The notes below the pieces were generated by a model. That model did not search any database, was not told the origin of the DNA, and saw only the letters and a list, made by a program, of their open reading frames with translations. Shown here piece by piece: positions 1 to 5,857 of a DNA stretch of 8,446 bases. The first letter of the stretch is position 1. Each line of letters starts with the position of its first letter. The translations under genes were made by a program, and so were the position numbers. The stretch lies in IMG/VR virus record IMGVR_UViG_2740892235_000006; one strand, 5' to 3'. The DNA is from a virus (Duplodnaviria > Heunggongvirae > Uroviricota > Caudoviricetes).

Positions 1-1446
1 CCAATAAAGGTTTCTACTTTGCTGTCTTTGAATTTCTCAACAAGCAGATCACGAAATTCGTTAGCCATTTCTTCCTGCACCGCTTCCAGCTGAATAATGC
101 GCAGAACCAGTACAGGACGATCGCCAGTGATAATGCTGAGGCGTAATTTAAACGGACGTTCTTTCAGACCTTCAAACGGAACGCATTTAAATTCAAATGC
201 CACTGGCATAATGTCTTTGGTCTTCGCTTCGACAGACTCCATCAGGGAGCGTTTGCCGCTGAAGTCATTATCTTCAAAATCAGCGGTCTGGTTTGCTTCA
301 ATCGTGATTTTACGGACAGCCGCAGCCGCTTTTGTTGCCTGAATAGCGTCACCATTAGCATCAAAGCCCACAAGGTAGTCGGCCCAGTCTTCAATCCATT
401 CTGCCAGTGACTTCTGGGAGTTACGCTCGCCATTAACAGACAACAGAGCAGAGAACGGTGCTGTTTTTTTCAGTTTGAGAGTGGCGGTGTTATCTGCGTG
501 ACCTGGTTCATCAATAGTACCCAGGTTAAGCACACTGACTGCTCGCATATTATCGGCATCGATAAAGCAGCGGGTGCCTTCATCTGCAAGATCTTTAGAA
601 TAACGGGTAAAGTCATCGATGCTNNNNNNNNNNATTACGCTCGCCATTAACAGACAACAGAGCAGAGAACGGTGCTGTCTTTTTCAGTTTGAGAGTGGCG
701 GTGTTATCTGCGTGACCTGGCTCATCAATAGTACCCAGGTTAAGCACACTGACGGCACGCATATTATCGGCATCGATAAANNNNNNNNNNTGCCGCAGCC
801 GCTTTTGTTGCTTGAATGGCGTCACCATTAGCATCAAAGCCCACAAGGTAGTCGGCCCAGTCTTCGATCCATTCTGCCAGTGACTTCTGGGAGTTACGCT
901 CGCCGTTAACAGACAACAGAGCAGAGAACGGTGCTGTCTTTTTCAGTTTGAGAGTGGCAGTGTTATCTGCGTGACCTGGCTCATCAATAGTACCCAGGTT
1001 AAGCACACTGACGGCACGCATATTATCGGCATCGATAAAGCAGCGGGTGCCTTCATCTGCAAGATCTTTAGAATAACGGGTAAAATCATCGATGCTGGCA
1101 GTGGAAAGTGCACCACGGAAACGGAAGCGATTTAAATTAAATTTTTCCAGATCATGAATGCGGAAATTCTCAGGCAATGCCACAGCATCNNNNNNNNNNA
1201 CGATTTAAATTAAATTTTTCCAGATCATGAATGCGGAAATTCTCAGGCAATGCCACAGCATCGGCACCAATCTTACTGATNNNNNNNNNNGCGATTTAAA
1301 TTAAATTTTTCCAGATCATGAATGCGGAAATTCTCAGGCAATGCCACAGCATCGGCACCAATCTTACTGATAATTTCATTAACACCCTGAGCAGAAATAA
1401 GGGCATGGATTTGATTAATTGCGGTTGCGTCTAAGTTCTGAGACAT
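1..1446 (-). CDS. Phage leftward-operon protein of unknown function, at least 270 aa; 5' end at 1446, 3' end beyond the window start; present as overlapping tiles across four N10 gaps
   Basis: ATG is the reverse complement of 1444-1446, with an SD-like TGAGGA 6 nt upstream. One continuous minus-strand frame runs through tiles 1291-1446, 792-1189 and 1-623, reading [60 protein letters not shown]...[49 protein letters not shown]...KVETFIG. Tiles differ only by synonymous changes. Length and the adjacent 120-aa gene loosely recall a yfdP-yfdQ-type prophage pair, but this is unverified recollection. Confidence 0.7.
319..1095. repeat. Three overlapping near-identical tiles (319-623, 635-780, 792-1095) separated by N10 gaps at 624-633 and 781-790
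   Basis: Direct comparison of the flanks of each N run; the few differences are synonymous in the minus-strand reading frame. Confidence 0.9.
1127..1353. repeat. Three overlapping tiles (1127-1189, 1200-1262, 1291-1353) around N10 gaps at 1190-1199 and 1281-1290
   Basis: The string gcgatttaaattaaatttttccagatcatgaatgcggaaattctcaggcaatgccacagcatc recurs after each gap. Confidence 0.9.
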
Positions 1447-1498
1447 AATAAGTCCTCACTATATAAAGATATTCAGTGATGAGATAAATAATCGGTTA

Positions 1499-1709
1499 AT
1501 TAAGAACGATATTAATGACCTGCTGCGCGGAGTTTTCCGTCAGGTTCACCGGCAAGAGTCAGTAATTGTCCCTGGTCTTCCTGCAGAATAGTCAGGNNNN
1601 NNNNNNAGTTTATTAAGAACGATATTAACGACCTGCTGCGCGGAGTTTTCCGTCAGGTTCACCGGCAAGAGTCAGTAATTGTCCCTGGTCTTCCTGCAGA
1701 ATAGTCAGG
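1499..1709. repeat. Two overlapping tiles (1499-1596, 1612-1709) around the N10 gap at 1597-1606
   Basis: Near-identical sequence with one substitution that changes the terminal codon of the 120-aa gene (AAGH* versus AAGR*). Confidence 0.9.
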
Positions 1710-2180
1710 CGACCACCGCGATTGACATACATCGGCGTTTCGGTGGTGTCTTCTTCGGAAATTTTCCCGCGGTTAGTCGGGCGAACATATGAGAGTTTGT
1801 GTTTGATTTTCACACGGTTCTCATCAAATGGTTCGATTTCCAGGTTGAGTGAGACCTTACCTTTGGTTTTCGTGTTCATCACACCTGAAGCGACTTCACT
1901 GAGAACTGCGCCGATTTTGGTTTCAAATACGCCGCCGTCCAGCTCCCCGATAAATGCCTGCACATCNNNNNNNNNNGACATATGAGAGTTTGTGTTTGAT
2001 TTTCACACGGTTCTCATCAAACGGTTCGATTTCCAGATTGAGTGAGACCTTCCCTTTGGTTTTCGTGTTCATCACACCGGAAGCGACCTCACTGAGAACT
2101 GCGCCGATTTTGGTTTCAAATACGCCGCCGTCCAGCTCCCCGATAAATGCCTGCACATCAGTACTGCGTTCGCTAGCCAT
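1625..2180 (-). CDS. Phage hypothetical protein, about 120 aa once the duplicated tile is collapsed; interrupted by the N10 gap at 1967-1976
   Basis: ATG is the reverse complement of 2178-2180, with SD GAGGAG 7 nt upstream. Stop is the reverse complement of 1625-1627. Protein reads MASERSTDVQAFIGELDGGVFETKIGAVLSEVASGVMNTKTKGKVSLNLEIEPFDENRVKIKHKLSYVRPTNRGKISEEDTTETPMYVNRGGRLTILQEDQGQLLTLAGEPDGKLRAAGR. Segment 1978-2159 repeats 1785-1966, and a second allelic 3' end lies at 1512-1596. Confidence 0.75.
1785..2159. repeat. Two overlapping tiles (1785-1966, 1978-2159) around the N10 gap at 1967-1976
   Basis: Direct comparison; a handful of substitutions. Confidence 0.9.
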
Positions 2181-2228
2181 TTTGCTGCTCCTCATCATAT
2201 CGACCCTGCAAGGTCGGTTGGTTTCTCC

Positions 2229-2317
2229 ACAAAACAGAGAAGAACACCTGCGGTGGCAGCCGCCCGGATGGATTGGGTTATGAGCCCGTCGCCCGGTGAT
2301 GCTCTTCTCTGTTTTGT
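2229..2317. repeat. 16-bp inverted repeat (15 of 16 match), acaaaacagagaagaa at 2229-2244 and ctcttctctgttttgt at 2302-2317, with a 57-bp GC-rich spacer
   Basis: Seen directly; it abuts the terminator U-tract and lies in the 5' leader of the 120-aa gene. Confidence 0.6.
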
Positions 2318-2363
2318 AAAAAGAGCGGTACCAGCCGGAAGCAAGTGTACAAACTGGTACCGC
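2316..2363 (-). terminator. Candidate rho-independent terminator on the leftward transcript, upstream of the 120-aa gene
   Basis: Perfect 10-bp inverted repeat gcggtaccag (2325-2334) and ctggtaccgc (2354-2363) with a 19-nt loop. On the minus-strand RNA the 3' arm is followed directly by UCUUUUUAC (reverse complement of 2316-2324). Confidence 0.5.
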
Positions 2364-2786
2364 CAAAGCAGTGGCTGTTGTGGTGGGGTTGTCACTCAGG
2401 CGTATGGTCAACCTGACAATCCGGTGTCCTCAACGGGGAAAGAGTAACCCCGCCATACTTACCGCCGCGCCATTTCGCGGATTACCACAACGCTGAGAGC
2501 ACTTAGCCAGTTACGGCACCACACTTTGTCGTGGTTCCATAAATGCCCTCATCGTTGCACCCTGGTCTCTTCCCAGGTGTCAAACCGAACCGCCACGCTG
2601 GTTAGGCGTCTTATCAGCATCATCATTGACTTGCACATTCCGGCTACCTGGTTTGTTTGCCCGAGCAAGGAGTGGATTGTCCCCTTTAACGTCCCCAGAC
2701 CGCTAACGACGCATGTGCCATACGCCGTGTTACAACCAAATTTTGTTAGGACCTTGTTTGTTGGTCTGGAAAGAAAGATAAAATGA

Positions 2787-2834
2787 AATTGCGCATTATG
2801 CAAGTGTTTTGTTGCGAGATGCGCAATATGATGG
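2787..2834. promoter_or_regulatory. Candidate left operator region (OL-like)
   Basis: Shares motifs with the cI-cro intergenic region: TTGCGCA (2789-2795 versus 3616-3622) and the exact 9-mer CGCAATATG (2822-2830 versus 3653-3661). Contains the palindrome TTGCG-N5-CGCAA at 2812-2826. No clean -35/-10 pair could be resolved. Confidence 0.45.
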
Positions 2835-2840
2835 GTGATG

Positions 2841-2860
2841 AAAAGCCACCTTCTGGTGGC
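2841..2860 (-). terminator. Candidate intrinsic terminator just downstream of the repressor gene
   Basis: Stem gccacc (2845-2850) and ggtggc (2855-2860) with loop ttct. On the minus-strand RNA the stem is followed by UUUU (reverse complement of 2841-2844). It starts 22 nt past the repressor stop. Confidence 0.45.
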
Positions 2861-2881
2861 TAATTGATGAGGAGGTCGGGG

Positions 2882-3574
2882 TTAATTGTGTCGCTTAAGG
2901 GTTTGTGACTGACTGATTAAGACCTTCCCAAAGACCATAAACCGGTGTTCGTTTTCGCTGGTAATTCCCCATTCACGGTAAATCTGGTTATCAGAAATCA
3001 CCAGTAGTTTGTCAGGTATCATTTGCAGTCGTTTGACATAAATTTTATCATCAAAACCAAACACATAGATACCATCCCCATCAAACTGATTGATACTGAT
3101 ATCAACGAAGATGAGATCTCCTGGCTCAATGGTTGGACACATACTGTCCCCACGAACGTTGATAACTTTAATGTGATTGGCTGGTCGTCCTCCAAACATC
3201 GATACAGCATTATCAGTTATGTATTCAATGGCATGAATCACATCAATGACATCACCGCCCTGGATAAGGCCATTTCCCGCACTGGCACTGACATCCAGCA
3301 TTTCAATACGGAATACATCCTTCACCTGCGCAACATCCTCACCAGTACTGTTTTTACATACAGTATTACTTTTGAAGTCTGAGGTAAAGAGATCTGCAAT
3401 ATCAACACCTAAGCTCCTGGCAATATTACTCAGGGCTTGTTCAGTGAATTGTTTCTGCTTACCTGTTTCCAGGCGTGAGATATTCGCCGCATCCACTCCT
3501 ATTGCTTCAGCGAGATCGGCGATTTTCATGTTCTTCGCCTGGCGAAGTTGTCTGACTCGATTTCCTATGTTCAT
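2882..3574 (-). CDS. CI-type phage repressor, 230 aa: N-terminal XRE-family helix-turn-helix plus C-terminal S24 (LexA-like) autopeptidase
   Basis: N-terminus MNIGNRVRQLRQAKNMKIADLAEAIGVDAANISRLETGK is a typical HTH. C-terminal half carries the S24 signature GDSM (catalytic Ser) and a downstream YVKRL (Lys). It is divergent from the cro-like gene. No SD precedes the ATG. Confidence 0.9.
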   Translation of the reverse strand: MNIGNRVRQLRQAKNMKIADLAEAIGVDAANISRLETGKQKQFTEQALSNIARSLGVDIADLFTSDFKSNTVCKNSTGEDVAQVKDVFRIEMLDVSASAGNGLIQGGDVIDVIHAIEYITDNAVSMFGGRPANHIKVINVRGDSMCPTIEPGDLIFVDISINQFDGDGIYVFGFDDKIYVKRLQMIPDKLLVISDNQIYREWGITSENEHRFMVFGKVLISQSQTLKRHN

Positions 3575-3671
3575 GCGTTTATTACATTTCTTTATTGCGC
3601 GTTAAGCAAATCAACTTGCGCAAAATATTTGCGTGAAATAATATGCTTATCACGCAATATGTGGAGGTTAT
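3575..3671. promoter_or_regulatory. Divergent operator/promoter region (OR-like) with candidate pRM (leftward) and pR (rightward)
   Basis: Repeated TTGCG/CGCAA half-sites, including the palindrome TTGCGCAA at 3616-3623 and TTGCGTG-N15-CACGCAA at 3629-3657. Candidate pR: -35 TTGCGC 3616-3621, 17-bp spacer, -10 TAATAT 3639-3644, then SD GGAGG 3663-3667. Candidate pRM on the minus strand: -35 TTGCTT (rc of 3604-3609), 17-bp spacer, -10 TGTAAT (rc of 3581-3586), placing the start at the A of the repressor ATG. Confidence 0.55.
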
Positions 3672-3932
3672 ATGCAATCACCATTACGAAATGTGCGTAA
3701 GGCGCACGGATTTACTTTGCAGCATGTTGCTGCGGGTGTTCAGGTTAATCCAGCGACGCTGAGTCGTATTGAGAGACTGGAACAAATTCCATCTATCGAT
3801 CTGGCAGAGCGTCTGGCCAATTTTTTTAAGGGAGAAATCAGCGAAATGCAGATTCTCTATCCTGCTCGCTTTCAATCTAGTCAAAACCGGAATGAGTTAA
3901 AACCACAGGAAAAGGAGGTAAGCCGTGGGTAA
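3672..3932 (+). CDS. Cro-like XRE-family helix-turn-helix regulator, 86 aa
   Basis: First gene of the rightward operon, divergent from the repressor. HTH-like segment FTLQHVAAGVQVNPATLSRIERLE. SD GGAGG 4 nt upstream of the ATG. Its 3' end overlaps the next gene by 8 nt. Confidence 0.8.
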   Translation: MQSPLRNVRKAHGFTLQHVAAGVQVNPATLSRIERLEQIPSIDLAERLANFFKGEISEMQILYPARFQSSQNRNELKPQEKEVSRG

Positions 3933-4476
3933 GCATCACTGGAAAGTGGAAAAACAGCCTGAGTGGTACGTGAAAGCGGTCAGAAAAACTATCGCGGCGT
4001 TGCCGGGTGGTTACGCTGAAGCAGCTGAGTGGCTGGATGTAACAGAGAACGCTTTATTCAATCGCCTTCGTGCCGATGGCGATCAGATTTTCCCGCTGGG
4101 ATGGGCAATGATTTTACAGCGCGCGGCTGGCACTCACTACATTGCGGATGCTGTCGCACAGTCTGCTGATGGGGTGTTTGTATCGCTTCCTGACATTGAG
4201 GAAGTAGAGAACGCCGATATAAACCAGCGCCTGCTGGAAGTCATCGAACAGATCGGGAGTTACTCAAAGCAGATTCGTTCGGCAATCGAAGATGGGGTAG
4301 TGGAGCCACACGAGCAGACAGCAATGAATGATGAGTTGTATCTGTCAATTTCGAAGCTCCAGGAGCATGCGGCACTGGTCTACAAAATTTTCTGCGCTCC
4401 AGAAAAGAGTGACGCCCGCGAGTGTGCAGCTCCGGGCGTCGTGGCGTTTTGTGTCTGTGGAGAAACTAACGCATGA
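3925..4476 (+). CDS. CII-like phage regulatory protein (resembles the phage 186 CII / CP76 type), 183 aa, GTG start
   Basis: Strong SD AAGGAGG 6 nt upstream of GTG 3925. Position is immediately after cro. Segment ALFNRLRADGDQIFPLGWAMILQRAAGTHYIADAVAQ resembles the 186-CII-type family from memory. Confidence 0.65.
   Translation: MGKHHWKVEKQPEWYVKAVRKTIAALPGGYAEAAEWLDVTENALFNRLRADGDQIFPLGWAMILQRAAGTHYIADAVAQSADGVFVSLPDIEEVENADINQRLLEVIEQIGSYSKQIRSAIEDGVVEPHEQTAMNDELYLSISKLQEHAALVYKIFCAPEKSDARECAAPGVVAFCVCGETNA
4409..4457. terminator. GC-rich hairpin with pyrimidine/U-rich flanks on both strands inside the 3' end of the CII-like gene; candidate bidirectional terminator
   Basis: Stem gacgcccg (4411-4418) and cgggcgtc (4433-4440), extendable by 3 bp inside the loop. 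Minus-strand RNA continues ACUCUUUUCUG. Plus-strand RNA continues GGCGUUUUGUGUCU. Confidence 0.4.
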
Positions 4477-5636
4477 ACAGTTTAACGGCAAATAACCGTT
4501 TGTCGCAACAGCTGGTGGTCAGTGTCGCTGCACACCTGTTGTTACGGCATGAATGCAGATTACCAAATCACCTGGCTGTAAGTAACCACAGAGAACTTTA
4601 CCTGACTGTGGGGGGCGAGTTGTGCAGGAACTTAACCGCTGGTTTCGTGACGGAAGAGGACTTTATGTTCATGTTATTCGTTGGGAGCCAGAAACACAGC
4701 GCGTTATCTATCTTCGCAAAGACTACCCGCATGAGTGCTTTAGTCCTTTGTGGAAATTCAGGCGTGATTTTGTTGAGTGTGAAGGACCAGCAGCATATTG
4801 ATTCTGCAATTCCGGGACGTTACACTGTACCGGCACCTTATAAAGCGGGTGCCGGGATTGGCGTCCTGAAATTGATTACTGAGCATAACCGCGCTCATGC
4901 GGTTTTTTCGTGTCATGAGCATTGCTACGCCCAAATTATGGTGGGGCGTACAGGGCCGACTTCGGTCGGGCCGGGTTCGGTAGTCTCCGGTAACGCCAAC
5001 CCTGTACGTCTCACCACCTCTGTGATTGGCGTCCCATGTGGTGAGTTTTCTAAAAAACTGACTACCGGGGCTGTCACTATGACTACTCTCCCAACCCTCT
5101 CTCAACCTGAAATTGCCATCGTTGATGGTCAGGCTGTTACATCTTCTTTGGCTGTTGCTGACTTCTTCTCTAAACGTCATGACGATGTTCTGAAAAAGAT
5201 CCGCATTTTGGATTGTTCTCCAGAGTTTTGTGCCCGCAATTTTGCGGAGACATCAATTTTGGTACGCCAGCCCAACGGCGGTACTCGCAAACTTCCCTGC
5301 TATCAAATCACCCGCGACGGTTTTGCGTTTCTTGCCATGGGCTTCACTGGTAAACGTGCTGCCCGGTTCAAAGAGGCATACATCAACGCCTTTAACCTGA
5401 TGGAGAAACAGCTTTCAAAGCCCGCTGTACCGAGCGACGTTGCACATAACGCCAGCGTTCTCTGTTCCTACATTTCATCAATTCATCAGGTCTGGCTGCA
5501 GCAGCTTTATCCTATGTTGGCAAAAGCCGAATCTCCGCTGGCTGTTAGCTTATATGACTATATTAATGATGCTTCGGCGCTGGCCTGCCTCATAAATTTG
5601 TCGCTGAACCCTTCAGAGGCAAGGGGGCGCAAATGA
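4473..5636 (+). CDS. 387-aa ORF with a C-terminal Rha-family phage regulatory domain (residues about 203-387) and an N-terminal 200 aa of uncertain coding status
   Basis: ATG 4473 overlaps the CII-like stop (ATGA). The segment from M203 (ATG 5079), MTTLPTLSQPEIAIVDGQAVTSSLAVADFFSKRHDDVLKKIRIL...YQITRDGFAFLAMGFTGKRAARFKEAYINAFNLMEKQL, matches the Rha signature (FGKRHDNVLRDI-like, MGFTG). The upstream 600 nt is open in frame but rich in rare codons (tta, ggg, aga, agg). A G6 run at 4610-4615 connects to a second open frame. Confidence 0.6.
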   Translation: MNSLTANNRLSQQLVVSVAAHLLLRHECRLPNHLAVSNHRELYLTVGGELCRNLTAGFVTEEDFMFMLFVGSQKHSALSIFAKTTRMSALVLCGNSGVILLSVKDQQHIDSAIPGRYTVPAPYKAGAGIGVLKLITEHNRAHAVFSCHEHCYAQIMVGRTGPTSVGPGSVVSGNANPVRLTTSVIGVPCGEFSKKLTTGAVTMTTLPTLSQPEIAIVDGQAVTSSLAVADFFSKRHDDVLKKIRILDCSPEFCARNFAETSILVRQPNGGTRKLPCYQITRDGFAFLAMGFTGKRAARFKEAYINAFNLMEKQLSKPAVPSDVAHNASVLCSYISSIHQVWLQQLYPMLAKAESPLAVSLYDYINDASALACLINLSLNPSEARGRK

Positions 5637-5857
5637 TCCGGAATATTTTCAAACGTTTTACCAATCAGACTTTCCGTTGTCCTCGTCCGGGTCAGTGGTA
5701 CACCACGCCTGCAGGGCATGTTCTACGTGTTAGCCTGGTTGACCGTGAATGTCAGAAGGTGATTTGTGAACCGCTGGGCCGTAATTACCGCGTCAGTATG
5801 CCGCTTATAGCCTTTCGCTCCGGAAAAAACATGAAGCATCTCGGAGGTGCAGCATGA
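5633..5857 (+). CDS. Hypothetical small phage protein, 74 aa
   Basis: ATGA overlaps at both ends (with the Rha-domain ORF upstream and the replication gene downstream). G-rich SD-like stretch upstream. Protein MIRNIFKRFTNQTFRCPRPGQWYTTPAGHVLRVSLVDRECQKVICEPLGRNYRVSMPLIAFRSGKN; no family recognised. Confidence 0.5.
   Translation: MIRNIFKRFTNQTFRCPRPGQWYTTPAGHVLRVSLVDRECQKVICEPLGRNYRVSMPLIAFRSGKNMKHLGGAA

Noticed and set aside
97-433. Track ORFs 97-342 (+) and 242-433 (-)
   Set aside because: Wrong strand or wrong frame relative to the continuous minus-strand gene that covers 1-1446.
1811-2035. tRNA T-loop-like motif ggttcgatttcc (1811-1822 and 2024-2035)
   Set aside because: It lies inside the 120-aa coding sequence in both tiles, with no acceptor stem or anticodon arm around it.
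319-2159. Regularly recurring repeats around the N runs as a possible CRISPR array or real tandem gene amplification
   Set aside because: Repeats are 60-300 bp, protein-coding, unequal in length and always bounded by N10 placeholders; the pattern fits overlapping contigs, not CRISPR repeats and spacers.
2526-2803. ORFs 2526-2786 (+) and 2549-2803 (-) in the region between the repressor and the left operon
   Set aside because: No SD, implausible composition, and they overlap the operator-like motifs; the region is treated as non-coding or RNA instead, though a small protein cannot be fully excluded.
2831-2866. Mini-ORF ATGATGGGTGATGAAAAGCCACCTTCTGGTGGCTAA beside the cro-like 9-mer at the left operator
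   Set aside because: Only 11 codons, no SD, and it coincides with the terminator hairpin; the motif sharing is better explained as operator sequence.
3019-3605. Track ORFs 3023-3382 (+), 3246-3605 (+) and 3019-3210 (-) inside the repressor gene
   Set aside because: They are antisense or out of frame to a well-supported repressor CDS, have low-complexity translations and no SD; shadow ORFs.
4758-5180. 140-aa minus-strand ORF antisense to the Rha-domain ORF
   Set aside because: Arg-rich, non-protein-like translation with no RBS, overlapping a region where the plus-strand Rha domain is well supported.
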